A stretch of DNA of 64,000 bases from a virus (IMGVR_UViG_3300049060_000034:2743-66742), one strand, 5' to 3'. Counted from the first letter of the stretch, positions 10,439 through 19,524 are shown. Translations and numbers: made by a program. The notes: generated by a model from the sequence alone, not told the origin.

Positions 10439-10663
10439 TTAGTCCAAGTTCTCATCCCGCAATGCTTTAGGTTCTTTGGGTGGAAATCTGTACGTGATCT
10501 CTCGCTTCACAAAATACGTGAGCGTCCATCCCAATGCTGGGAACAAGATAATCATAAGGGCCTGAACAAGCAAGTCACCTGTACTCATGAGCCCTAGAAT
10601 GAGCCCCACCACTCCCCATCCAGTTGTGTCCCTGTTCTGGTCCATCATTGTTCTCGTCGGCAT
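10439..10663 (-). CDS. Holin-like small membrane protein
   Basis: Two hydrophobic segments and a charged C-tail; GGAG RBS before ATG at 10663. Confidence 0.45.
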   Translation of the reverse strand: MPTRTMMDQNRDTTGWGVVGLILGLMSTGDLLVQALMIILFPALGWTLTYFVKREITYRFPPKEPKALRDENLD

Positions 10664-10684
10664 AATCACTCCTTGGGGGAGCGG

Positions 10685-11284
10685 TTAACAGGTAATGACT
10701 CTCCAATCGCTTAGCGTTACAAGAAGAACGGGATTATCTATCCCTATGCTGACATCTGCACTGGCAGATCCGGTACTGCCACCGATACCACTTTCGGCAT
10801 CAGTGCTTGTCTGAGCCTGACATTGGGCCCCAGTTATGCTGGCGAATGTGTTGGGAGTGAAAGTGGTGATCTCCGTATTTCCGTCAGAAAAACTATCATT
10901 GTCGGAAACGGGTCCTGGGCCAGTCAAACTGATCCCCGCCCCTAGGGAGAATCCAATACTACCACTCACTCCACCAAATATATCTCCAGACGCATTGGTA
11001 TTGGCGCTGCAACTTCCATCGCTGTCTACGCTCCCACTAGCATTACCACCGGCGCTCCAAGTGAACTGGCCCCGAATCAACTGAATATCATTGGGGCCAA
11101 ATCCCTGCAAACTGGTAGGATAGTTAAACCATCTAGCCGTATCACTGGTACTTTGTGGAGCCCCACCATTCGAACTGCTACAGTTATTCGAATCAGATCC
11201 TCCAGCCGAATTGATCGTACTCCAGGCGGTCCCACCACCGAAAGGGCTTGTCGTAGAGCCGGGAGTTAAAGTTACGATTCTCAT
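10685..11284 (-). CDS. Gly/Ser-rich virion protein
   Basis: Composition and position after the tail fibre gene. Confidence 0.4.
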   Translation of the reverse strand: MRIVTLTPGSTTSPFGGGTAWSTINSAGGSDSNNCSSSNGGAPQSTSDTARWFNYPTSLQGFGPNDIQLIRGQFTWSAGGNASGSVDSDGSCSANTNASGDIFGGVSGSIGFSLGAGISLTGPGPVSDNDSFSDGNTEITTFTPNTFASITGAQCQAQTSTDAESGIGGSTGSASADVSIGIDNPVLLVTLSDWRVITC

Positions 11285-13149
11285 TACGGATTCGTCCTCT
11301 TCATGGTCCCTATGACCGATATGGTTACCGCTCTCTCGCTCACGGTCCCTGATCTGGCGCTGATGTAATAAGAGAGCGTGTCCCCTTCTTGTAAGCCGAT
11401 GGTGGCATTAGTCGAATAGACAGTGTTGATAGTGTTGTTCGTGTTGTCCAGAGTAATAGGACCAAAGTCCGTAAAGCCAGACGGACCTCTTCTACGAATC
11501 GTGAACGATACGCTCCCCCCTGAAGTGTGAGATCCCTGACTGTAATAAGCTTTGATCTTGGTTCCAGTCATTAGCCCTGAAGCCAAAGGTCCAATGTTCA
11601 CGGCGGGTCTATCTTCCGTACTGGTGGTCGAAGCCGAAGGGTCGAACTCAAACCAGTTATACGTGAACGGCAGCGTGGCGTTGTCCAGCGTGTTCTTCGA
11701 CACCACTTGATTAGTCGCGGACGGAGTGGTGGTTGGCATCGTCGGGATCTGAGTGAAGTTCATGATCCCGGTAGCCACGTCCAAGGTAACCTGATTCACC
11801 GACGTGGTACCGAATCTTAGTACGCTAGCTTCGTGATCAATCTTTGCGTCAGTGCCTGCGGTGTCGTCGAAGACAATAGATGGATTGGCGTTGTTTATAG
11901 TCAGTCCACCAACTATGGTGACTAAATTGTTGGTCGTGTCGATGTTTAGAGGGGTGGTTCCCAACGTGTCGTTTATAAGCGACAGATTGCTACCACTCAG
12001 CAGCAGCCTAGCCTGTTTCGAATCGTTAGTGTCGATCAGCGTGATCTGCGGGGCCAAGTTACTGATCGTGACGTTCGCAGGAGTAGACACCACCCCAGTG
12101 CCTTTGGGAGTCAAGCTAATGCTTATGTTCGCATCGGTTCCGATAGCAGCAATTCCAGGCACACCTCCCGCCGCAGCGTTGGCGATCTGAAGGTTGTTGA
12201 CCGCAGTGCCCACCGCGTTGAGGGTGATGATGGCGTTGCCGTTCGAATCCTTAATGTTGGTCGTGATTCGAGGCGACGTAGCTCTCAGAACACTGTCCGT
12301 CCAAGTGACCTGGGTTCCATCACTGCTGGTGCCAGTGACTCCGCCGAAGGCCCCGGCGTTGTTGTACTGGAGGGACAGGTTGGGAGACGCAGGTGTACCT
12401 CCGCCTCCACCCCCTGCCGCTTGCCAAGTACCATCGCCTCGCAGGAATAGGTCATCATCCCCGGCTTGGGGTTGTGGCACTAGACCGGCGGTTCCGGCTG
12501 CGATGGCGCTCGCTCCGACCATGATCGGAAGTCTGGCCACCGGGACAGTGCCGGAACTGAAGATGTTGGTAGCGTTGAACTGCCCGCCGCCTACGGCCCC
12601 TTCGTGATTGTGAATGGCTGAGGCGAACGAAGCGATACCTGGGGAAAGGTAAGTGCCGCCGTTCAAAGTCCGCCCCGTAAATTCCAAGAAGGTGGCCAGC
12701 CCAATGGTCGGATTACCCGACACCCCGTTACCGTTGGTGACGACAGTTTCGTTGGTTACCCCAGTTATAGTTCGGGGAGTGACCGTGTTGGGAGCCGTCC
12801 TGGCGAGCATGCCGTTGGCCCCCGGATCATTGAGGGCCCCCGACTGACCAACGGTAAAGTTGAACAGCGTGAAGGGCGTGGTTATGCCCCCGCCACTGAA
12901 TCTCACATCGTACGATCCGTCGTCGGCCCAGAAGAACCAATAGCCGTCAGCGGAAGCGATGAAGGGGTTCGCTTTAGGCGTTCCCCCCACATCGGAAAAG
13001 ATGGAGGCCGGAGTACTCGTCCCGGCTAGGAACACGTCCACTGTGCAGCCAGGAAAGCTGCGCTGGACCTTGGTGGTGGATACTCGTCCGTCTGTGGTGA
13101 CGGTGTATCCGCCTTGTTCCGCGAATCCTTGGATGATTGCTCTGGCCAT
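11284..13149 (-). CDS. Tail fibre/tailspike protein
   Basis: N-terminal VDVFLAGT...IFSD...NPF...DGYWFFWADDGSYDV resembles tailspike head-binding domains; Gly/Thr/Asn-rich shaft. Confidence 0.65.
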   Translation of the reverse strand: MARAIIQGFAEQGGYTVTTDGRVSTTKVQRSFPGCTVDVFLAGTSTPASIFSDVGGTPKANPFIASADGYWFFWADDGSYDVRFSGGGITTPFTLFNFTVGQSGALNDPGANGMLARTAPNTVTPRTITGVTNETVVTNGNGVSGNPTIGLATFLEFTGRTLNGGTYLSPGIASFASAIHNHEGAVGGGQFNATNIFSSGTVPVARLPIMVGASAIAAGTAGLVPQPQAGDDDLFLRGDGTWQAAGGGGGGTPASPNLSLQYNNAGAFGGVTGTSSDGTQVTWTDSVLRATSPRITTNIKDSNGNAIITLNAVGTAVNNLQIANAAAGGVPGIAAIGTDANISISLTPKGTGVVSTPANVTISNLAPQITLIDTNDSKQARLLLSGSNLSLINDTLGTTPLNIDTTNNLVTIVGGLTINNANPSIVFDDTAGTDAKIDHEASVLRFGTTSVNQVTLDVATGIMNFTQIPTMPTTTPSATNQVVSKNTLDNATLPFTYNWFEFDPSASTTSTEDRPAVNIGPLASGLMTGTKIKAYYSQGSHTSGGSVSFTIRRRGPSGFTDFGPITLDNTNNTINTVYSTNATIGLQEGDTLSYYISARSGTVSERAVTISVIGTMKRTNP

Positions 13150-13159
13150 CCCTCACTCC

Positions 13160-13531
13160 TTATCCAACCATGTCACCCCACGGACCGCTCCAGGGGCTGG
13201 AGATCTTAGCTCCGCCTCCCGAGACCGGGCCGGTACCGTCTCCACCCCTAACACCAGGAATGGTCGGGGCCGTGTCCATCGGAGTTACAAGACCTCCCCC
13301 AGCCGAGGGGTTGCCCGTCATCGAGTCCCTTGCCACGATGGGAATCGGACTCGGCGACTGCATGTGCCCGCCGAAAGGACCATTACGTTCTCCGCCTTTC
13401 TGCGACGCTCCTCCGCCCGGACTGATTTCGTAAGGACATGGTTCGAGAGGACCTACGATCCCCCCTCCGTGTTGATTGCCGAGGCCCCCACCGGGACCCG
13501 CTCCGTATGCGTATTCTCTGCCTTCAGGCAT
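13160..13531 (-). CDS. Gly/Pro-rich hypothetical protein
   Basis: AGGAGG RBS; packed in the operon. Confidence 0.5.
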   Translation of the reverse strand: MPEGREYAYGAGPGGGLGNQHGGGIVGPLEPCPYEISPGGGASQKGGERNGPFGGHMQSPSPIPIVARDSMTGNPSAGGGLVTPMDTAPTIPGVRGGDGTGPVSGGGAKISSPWSGPWGDMVG

Positions 13532-13542
13532 AATTGCCTCCT

Positions 13543-13593
13543 TTAATATCTAGGTTTAGGTTTCGGTTTAGGCTTTGGTTTCCGTTTAGCCAT
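13543..13593 (-). CDS. 16-aa basic microprotein MAKRKPKPKPKPKPRY
   Basis: AAGGAG RBS fused to the upstream stop; fills the gap between two genes; varied synonymous Lys/Pro codons. Confidence 0.55.
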   Translation of the reverse strand: MAKRKPKPKPKPKPRY

Positions 13594-13601
13594 GTTGCTC
13601 C

Positions 13602-14813
13602 TTATCTCCACCACCCCGGTATGGCGTGGCTTTGAGCGAAGTTACTGTCTGTAGGCCAACCCGGTCCAGGCCGTCTCGGACGAGTACGACCCTGCAAGGT
13701 AGCCACCTCTTCATCCCTACGCATCGCCTGATCGAGCAGGCCCAAAGGTCTGCCCGGCTGGCCTTCAGTAGAGTACTTCGACTTGGCCGCGCCCATCAAG
13801 GAGAGGTAGGACTGTCGCTTTCGCGGGTCCGCATCGTTAGCTGCCCCCCACTCGTAAGCGAGGTATCGAGCCCGCAGAAGCAATAGTTCCTCTGTAATTT
13901 GCGGAGGAAGCGCATCTTCGTCCGCCGAGAACGCCGTGCCAAGCCTCCAAATTGTAACCGTATATGCTCTTGAGACGGTGGGACCCGGCCACAACTCCCA
14001 CACAGGTAGTCCTGCCACCGGGTCAAAATGGTGGAAGAAGAGTTGATAAGGCTCAGTCGTAGAAGACCTTTGAGGGTCTCGTCTATCGAGTTCGTCGATT
14101 GGCAGTATGTCCCATCCGAATTCATAGCCAGTAATCGGGTCCATCAGATGGTCGATCCGATGAAAGTCCGTCGTTAGGGGCGAATAGTAAACTCTATAAA
14201 GGAGAGCCGACGCGCTGGCGTTGGTACTCTCCGTAAAGTTGCGGGCCAGGGTGATCGTCGATCCCCAACTGACCGTGGCCCCAGTGACCGTGGTGGACGC
14301 GTTGTCCGTCGTGGTCACTTGGGTGGGATTCACGAAGGAGGCTATCGTTGTTTGAAGATTTGCGCCACTGGTCCCTGCCCCAGCGACGACGATGAGCCTC
14401 CCTACGTGATCGACGGCGAAAGCGCCAGTGGCGCTGTTCAAGACGTTCGACGCTGAGTTGATCGCCCCATCGGTCACCTTCAGCGCGTTCGTCGCCGCGA
14501 TCTCATAAATGGGCCCCCCGCTCAGGCCGAACCGGAGTTGGCGCTGAGTGATCGGAGGATTGTTTAGTCCGGCCACCGAGACCAGACTGGCGTGGTTGAG
14601 AGTAACAGTGGGGGAGAACTGTGTCACCCCCACTCCAGTCAAGCTGATCGAGGCCGGAGCAAGCCAATATTCCTGAGCCAACAAGAAGGACCATTGGTCA
14701 TTGGCCTCCCTGATGTCCCTCCAAGCGTCGTTGATGAAGTCCTCCGCCTGTTCTGGCGAAAGGCTTGGCACCCACTGACGGAGCTTGTTGGTGTAGATCA
14801 GGAAATTGGACAT
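13602..14813 (-). CDS. Head-tail connector-like protein
   Basis: FINDAWRDI...WSFL N-terminal pattern typical of adaptor proteins; gene order. Confidence 0.45.
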   Translation of the reverse strand: MSNFLIYTNKLRQWVPSLSPEQAEDFINDAWRDIREANDQWSFLLAQEYWLAPASISLTGVGVTQFSPTVTLNHASLVSVAGLNNPPITQRQLRFGLSGGPIYEIAATNALKVTDGAINSASNVLNSATGAFAVDHVGRLIVVAGAGTSGANLQTTIASFVNPTQVTTTDNASTTVTGATVSWGSTITLARNFTESTNASASALLYRVYYSPLTTDFHRIDHLMDPITGYEFGWDILPIDELDRRDPQRSSTTEPYQLFFHHFDPVAGLPVWELWPGPTVSRAYTVTIWRLGTAFSADEDALPPQITEELLLLRARYLAYEWGAANDADPRKRQSYLSLMGAAKSKYSTEGQPGRPLGLLDQAMRRDEEVATLQGRTRPRRPGPGWPTDSNFAQSHAIPGWWR

Positions 14814-14815
14814 GC

Positions 14816-15154
14816 TTAGAATCCAAGAAACAGCATCGTGTAAACGTTAGCGGAAGGGTTCTCAGTCGAGTCCACTTCCGGCAACGGCCCTTCGGCGGCG
14901 CTCTGTTCAATCGCCTGAATCGACCCGGTGATCGGGTTGAATATGGGAATGAAGTACGTGGTGGCGGCGGCGCCTGCGGCAGTCTTTACCGCGACACAGC
15001 TAGCCCCAAGTATCTGAACAAAGCCTACGTCGTCCGGGAAAATAAGTTCACCGGCAGTGAGGTACGAGGTGTCGAACTGAACGTCGATTAAGACGCCCCG
15101 AAGACGACCGGCCTCGAACTCACTACCTTTAACTCTGGTTAGTGTGAGAGCCAT
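14816..15154 (-). CDS. Small structural protein
   Basis: Follows the decoration gene in the operon. Confidence 0.45.
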   Translation of the reverse strand: MALTLTRVKGSEFEAGRLRGVLIDVQFDTSYLTAGELIFPDDVGFVQILGASCVAVKTAAGAAATTYFIPIFNPITGSIQAIEQSAAEGPLPEVDSTENPSANVYTMLFLGF

Positions 15155-15157
15155 TGA

Positions 15158-15829
15158 TTACCCCCTTCCGACGTTCGGATAGAAGCCGAACGGGTTGAGA
15201 AGAACTCTACGGACAGTGTCCGAAGCCGGAGTCTCATAAGCTAGGCCGATAACCAACTTAGCCCCACCGTTGGTGGCAAAGGTGGTGCCCGCGTCGGCGA
15301 CGGCGTCAGCCTCGTTGGCAGTCAGGGTAGCCTGGATAACGACGTTACCCAGAACAGCCGAGGCCACGGTACCGTACCGGACGCTGGCCAGACCCGCCAC
15401 CTGAATCCAGCCGAACTTGCCTTGAGCGTTGGCGACGGCAGTATCCGCATTGACCACAATGCCAGCCCGGAAGGGCAGGGTGGCGCTGGGAGTGTTAGTT
15501 ACCGTGAAGGTGTTGAGACCGTTGTTGGCCAGAGTATCCCAATGGACAATCTCCCCGCGCTGGATGTTACCACCCGTGGCGGTGAGAGTACTGGCGAACT
15601 TAACCAACTGGTACACGCCCTGATGCAACGTTCCCACAGTAGTCTTCGAAGCCTTGTTGGCCGAATCGAAGCTGTGGACAACAGTCGTACCGATCAGACC
15701 GGGAAACCGAGACCCGCCAGCAGTGGCCAACACAGGAGCCGTGTCCTCACCTCCGATGAAACCGAAGTAACCCGAATTGAGGAACCCGTCGGGACTGACC
15801 CAAGGGTTGTTAGTAGACCTGCGATACAT
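15158..15829 (-). CDS. Capsid decoration/cement-like protein
   Basis: Immediately after the major capsid gene; GWIQVAGLASV beta-rich fold. Confidence 0.5.
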   Translation of the reverse strand: MYRRSTNNPWVSPDGFLNSGYFGFIGGEDTAPVLATAGGSRFPGLIGTTVVHSFDSANKASKTTVGTLHQGVYQLVKFASTLTATGGNIQRGEIVHWDTLANNGLNTFTVTNTPSATLPFRAGIVVNADTAVANAQGKFGWIQVAGLASVRYGTVASAVLGNVVIQATLTANEADAVADAGTTFATNGGAKLVIGLAYETPASDTVRRVLLNPFGFYPNVGRG

Positions 15830-15846
15830 AGTCTTTCCTTCCGTAT

Positions 15847-15911
15847 AAAAGAGCTAAAGGAGGTGGCCCCACAGTGATACGGTTGTGAGAGCCGAAGCCG
15901 CTGCCACCTCC
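15847..15911 (-). terminator. Hairpin plus U-rich tail after the capsid gene (terminator/attenuator)
   Basis: GGAGGTGGC/GCCACCTCC stem (15859-15867, 15903-15911) followed on the minus strand by TTTAGCTCTTTT. Confidence 0.5.
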
Positions 15912-15925
15912 ATCCCCGCAAGGAA

Positions 15926-17080
15926 TTAGCTGTTGAAGCCGTACCCGTGGATGTTAAGACGGTTCGCAGCCGGGTTCTCAAGGTTGATAGCCGCCAGCGA
16001 TTGGCCCGAAACGCGGGTGTTGTCCTGACCGGGTTTGAATCCGGTCCAGCCAAACTGGAACTCTTCGTCATCGGAAATGCGAAGAATCCAGGTGTCGGTG
16101 TTGAGCATGAAGATAACTTCACGCGGTTGAAGGGTGACGTTGGCCGCAGGGAAGTTACCTCTGGTGGCCGCGCCCGGATCTGTGTAAGCGAAGTCGGCAG
16201 TAAGCCAGTTCCCGAGGATCGGGTCGGAGTCGCCGGTTCCGCCGTCAGCCGTCGAAGCCGAAGGACAGTAGTCGTCCTTGGTCAGCCTCATGCGGTTGAG
16301 CAGGATGCCCTCGTAGCCGTAGCGGGGGTCGGTCTCCTGGGCGAACCGTTGCTGGACCTGGAGGGTGTTCTTGATGAGGGTCATGCCCCTCTTCGAAGTA
16401 ACACCAAGATCCGGCGAAAGGTTACCCTGGGAAGCTATCTGGTACATGTCCTCAAGCTTCTCGTAGGTGATCTTTCCGGCAGTGCCGTTGGAGTTGCCGA
16501 GCCAGTAGGGCTTCGAGTTGAGCGCCTTGCCGATGGCCCCGTTGCGGGCCTGAGCGCCGTAGTTCGGGAAGATGTTGCCGTCCCACGAAGGGAGGATGCC
16601 GTCGTTGAGGGCCTCACTGAGGCCGTTGATCTCAAGGGAGCGGTCGTCAACGACGCCGCCACCTGAAGTTTGCCCGTGTCTCCAAGCCGAGATGGCGATG
16701 ATCGTGGTCATGGTCATCATCGCGTTCTTCATGTCAGCGTCGAGCAAACTGAACACCGCGTTGGTGCCCTTGTTGCGGACCTGGATCTCCTCCTTGAATT
16801 CCGTGACGTTGACTTCGTAGTACTTCTCACGGAATTGCAGGGCGGCAATCGTGTCCACCTTGTCGATGTTAAACGCAGAACCCGGCGAATAAGCTCCGCC
16901 GATCATCGGACGGAACAGGTACGGGTACTGCATGAAGGTCATACCCGAGAAGGTGATCAGGGCCTTGTCTCGGATGTACGAGAAGAACGGGATGGCACGG
17001 AAGAAGGAGTCAGTGATTTGGCGGGGCCAGATCTCCTCCTTAGTGACAGCGGTCAATGCGGTTACAATTGGGTCCGCCAT
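15926..17080 (-). CDS. Major capsid protein
   Basis: 384 aa after the scaffold gene; INGLSEAL, LEDMYQIAS-x-GNLSPDLGVT pattern consistent with HK97-fold capsid proteins. Confidence 0.8.
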   Translation of the reverse strand: MADPIVTALTAVTKEEIWPRQITDSFFRAIPFFSYIRDKALITFSGMTFMQYPYLFRPMIGGAYSPGSAFNIDKVDTIAALQFREKYYEVNVTEFKEEIQVRNKGTNAVFSLLDADMKNAMMTMTTIIAISAWRHGQTSGGGVVDDRSLEINGLSEALNDGILPSWDGNIFPNYGAQARNGAIGKALNSKPYWLGNSNGTAGKITYEKLEDMYQIASQGNLSPDLGVTSKRGMTLIKNTLQVQQRFAQETDPRYGYEGILLNRMRLTKDDYCPSASTADGGTGDSDPILGNWLTADFAYTDPGAATRGNFPAANVTLQPREVIFMLNTDTWILRISDDEEFQFGWTGFKPGQDNTRVSGQSLAAINLENPAANRLNIHGYGFNS

Positions 17081-17127
17081 TTCAAGCTCCTTTGGTTAAA
17101 ACATGCCGCCACCTAGACGACATAGTG

Positions 17128-18141
17128 TTAATCAGATTTATAAACTTGGGAGAACTTCCTACCTTGGTCGGTAGTTGGATTCCCATTGACGTCGAAATGC
17201 TGGTTAAACATTTCAGTTGCCTTAGCCACGCGGTCTCTGGACATGGCCAACTCCGACCTCTTCTCCGGTGGGACGAATTCCGTCGAACCTGGAGCGGGGG
17301 CCTTGTCGTGGGCATGCGGTTGGGCATGAGCCAAGGCTCTGGACTGTGAATAGTTCTCAAGAAGGGGAGTGAGACCGTTCTGGGGTTTGCCGAAGGGAGA
17401 GCCGGTAACACGGCTCGGGTCCATGGCAAACTCTTTCATGAGTTCAGCCCTCATCTCTTCTTTAAGCTTGGCCATTTCGGCCAGTCTGTTAGCTTCAAAG
17501 ATCTGTTGACGCTTAGTATCTACCGCATACTTGATGCGCCAATGTTGCTCGGGATCTTCCCCCGTATCGAGGTAGTGACCTACAAGGTCGTCCTCCAGGG
17601 GTTCCCCGAACAGCTTCATGTGCTGGGCTTGGACGCGGGACACTTTGCTTTGCAGTAGGGCGAAGTCTCGAAGCGCGGCTCCTGCCGTCTCCACTGTCAT
17701 AAACCTGCCCGACTGTTGCTGCTGTTGCTGATCCTGCCTCGGCGGGGTCGAGTAGTTAGGGGCCGTCGATCTGGGGATCTGAGGGACCTGGACCTGATCG
17801 TAGATCTGGTAGTCCTTCAAAGCCTGTTCATAAGCGGCGAGTTTGGCCGCCATCTCCGGAAGGGCGTCAAGCTTGCTCAACTCTCCCTGCACTTGGTTCT
17901 GCCACTGTTCGAGTCGGGCGCGGTCGGATTGAAGCTTCTGGTATTCTTGCTGAAGCTTCTGTTCGTAGGCTCGCTTCTCGTCAGCTAGCTGTTTGGTCTT
18001 GTTGGTATAGTCGGCTCCCCGGAGTAGGTCACTTTGAAGGTTCCCCTCGAAGTGCCGAATGTATTCGTCTCTGAGTTCACGCTGGACACGACCTTTGGCG
18101 ATCAGGTCATCCACTGCGCGTTCAATAGCTTCGTTAGCCAT
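17128..18141 (-). CDS. Capsid scaffolding protein
   Basis: Coiled coil containing DYTNKTKQLA, directly before the capsid gene. Confidence 0.7.
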   Translation of the reverse strand: MANEAIERAVDDLIAKGRVQRELRDEYIRHFEGNLQSDLLRGADYTNKTKQLADEKRAYEQKLQQEYQKLQSDRARLEQWQNQVQGELSKLDALPEMAAKLAAYEQALKDYQIYDQVQVPQIPRSTAPNYSTPPRQDQQQQQQSGRFMTVETAGAALRDFALLQSKVSRVQAQHMKLFGEPLEDDLVGHYLDTGEDPEQHWRIKYAVDTKRQQIFEANRLAEMAKLKEEMRAELMKEFAMDPSRVTGSPFGKPQNGLTPLLENYSQSRALAHAQPHAHDKAPAPGSTEFVPPEKRSELAMSRDRVAKATEMFNQHFDVNGNPTTDQGRKFSQVYKSD

Positions 18142-18238
18142 TCGACTCCTTTGGACTCCCCAGGGGGTTGGTGTTGTTCGGGAGCTACCCTCACGCGACT
18201 CCCTCCAGGGGTTGGTTTACAGGTTTGGTGTCATGGGA

Positions 18239-18595
18239 TTACATCATCATGTCCGCCCCCGGCATCGCGCTGGGCTGCGGAGTCATGGTGACAAGAACTT
18301 GTTGTCTCCACTGGTCGAGAGCTTCCATCATCTGCGAGGCGACTTGTTCCGAGCCCGGAAACATCCTGGCCAAATCAGCTATTAGCTGGGCCAGTTGATC
18401 GAACTGGTTGAGTCCCATTTGCAAAGGATCAATAGCGCCCGCCATTGGCGGAGGTCCACCCGCTCCTAAGAGTGAAGCAAGATCGCCCCCAGGCCCTGGT
18501 CCCGTTGGCCCACCCGGTTGGGGCGGGGGCATCGGTCCAGGCATGGGAGAGCCCATCTGGTCATTCGCTCCTGGCATTAAAGGTAGTACCGGCAT
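18239..18595 (-). CDS. Pro/Gly/Met-rich hypothetical protein
   Basis: AGGAG RBS before ATG 18595 (MPVLPLMPG); the longer track start runs through the promoter. Confidence 0.55.
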   Translation of the reverse strand: MPVLPLMPGANDQMGSPMPGPMPPPQPGGPTGPGPGGDLASLLGAGGPPPMAGAIDPLQMGLNQFDQLAQLIADLARMFPGSEQVASQMMEALDQWRQQVLVTMTPQPSAMPGADMMM

Positions 18596-18679
18596 ATCGT
18601 CTCTCCTAATGGTCTGGGGAGGCTGCCCTCCCCAAACCGTTCTAAAGTAAGGAGGAACAATGCTTTTGTCCCCGTGCGC

Positions 18680-18708
18680 GTTATAATGACACACAACTTT
18701 AATGTCAA
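18680..18708 (-). promoter_or_regulatory. sigma70-type promoter for the scaffold/capsid operon
   Basis: TTGACA-17-TATAAC on the minus strand. Confidence 0.65.
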
Positions 18709-18762
18709 TAGGACACACGAATATGGTTAAAAAGAATAAATGAAGACAGATAGAAATAACTA

Positions 18763-18791
18763 TTGACATCTGTCTGAGGTCTGCCTATACT
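18763..18791 (+). promoter_or_regulatory. sigma70-type promoter for the RHH/ncRNA/RF/Ro60-like cassette (likely leaderless mRNA)
   Basis: TTGACA-17-TATACT; the GTG start lies 5 nt after the -10 box. Confidence 0.7.
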
Positions 18792-18796
18792 CCGCC

Positions 18797-18994
18797 GTGA
18801 CATTGAGACGAACAACATTGTGGATCGACGAAGAGAACTGGAGGCGACTTCAAGCGTACGCCGAAACCACTGATCACAGCGCCTCCCACCATTTGCGTGA
18901 GGCGGTTCGTCTGTATCTGAAAGTTATCGAGCTTGAACTGCTCGACAAGATCTTTGAAGATCAGAGGCCAGAAGACGAGGATACATGCATATAG
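18797..18994 (+). CDS. Ribbon-helix-helix (CopG/Arc-like) DNA-binding protein
   Basis: RRTTLWIDEENWRRLQAYAETTDHSASHHLREAVRLYL fits the RHH strand-helix-helix pattern. Confidence 0.75.
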   Translation: MTLRRTTLWIDEENWRRLQAYAETTDHSASHHLREAVRLYLKVIELELLDKIFEDQRPEDEDTCI

Positions 18995-19086
18995 CTCATT
19001 TAGCAGAGCAATCGGCTACTAACCGATGGGTAGCGGGTGCGAATCCCGCTATGCAACAACCAATCCCTCTCTTCGCTTTGCTTCTG
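18962..19086 (+). ncRNA. Y-like RNA 1, enclosing a complete tRNA-like domain
   Basis: CAGAGGC/GCTTCTG outer helix, CA opposite GCTTT, GAAGA(C)GAGG/CCTCTCTTC inner helix. Confidence 0.65.
18985..19057 (+). tRNA. tRNA-like domain with ACT anticodon (Ser-reading, no long variable arm)
   Basis: TAGCTCA D-arm, ATCGG-CTACTAA-CCGAT anticodon arm, GCGGG-TGCGAAT-CCCGC T-arm; 1:72 mismatch; no CCA. Confidence 0.6.
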
Positions 19087-19198
19087 TACAAGTTAGATCT
19101 GCCCTTAGAAAGGTTACATGCAAACTGATAATGATCGGGCCTCGGCCCCTTCTGATCTGTTAGACTAAACACCTCTCTATTCTCTGCGGGTCTTTAAG

Positions 19199-19314
19199 TT
19201 AAGGATTCGGTCGTTCTTTAACTGCCAGACACCTCTTGGCTTTGGCGTCTGGATGAATCGAACTCGACAATCTTTTTGTATCTCAGGGCTACGCGGCCCA
19301 ACCCGAATCCTTAA
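19199..19314 (+). ncRNA. Structured RNA of unknown class
   Basis: Perfect 12-bp closing stem TTAAGGATTCGG/CCGAATCCTTAA with two internal hairpins. Confidence 0.5.
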
Positions 19315-19320
19315 ACAAGT

Positions 19321-19446
19321 TGATTGCCATCGGCAGGCTTACATGCATCAGTTTTAGGGACTGAAACAAGCCGGTTCGACTCCGGCCACCCCCGTCACTT
19401 GTGGGGGTGTAGCAAAACGGACAACGCCTACTGAGCTATGCGATCA
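19321..19446 (+). ncRNA. YrlA-like Y RNA with permuted tRNA domain (UAG loop)
   Basis: TGATTGC-CA / GCTAT-GCGATCA motif; order is anticodon-like arm, T-arm, acceptor hairpin CACCCCC/GGGGGTG, D-arm. Confidence 0.7.
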
Positions 19447-19455
19447 TCGTTTTGG

Positions 19456-19524
19456 TGCGGATGGGCCAGTGCCCAGTTGGGGCTCATAATCCCGACAGGC
19501 GCGGTGCGACTCCGTGATCCGCAA
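19456..19524 (+). tRNA. tRNA-Met/Ile2(CAT)-like with reduced D-arm
   Basis: TGCGGAT/ATCCGCA acceptor, CTCATAA loop, TGCGACT T-loop. Confidence 0.5.

Noticed and set aside
19348-19427. Spliced permuted tRNA-Leu gene, or an amber suppressor
   Set aside because: No bulge-helix-bulge junction, and a YrlA-type fold explains it. Anticodon TAG reads Leu CUA; an amber suppressor would be CTA. ORFs end at all three stop codons, so there is no sign of recoding
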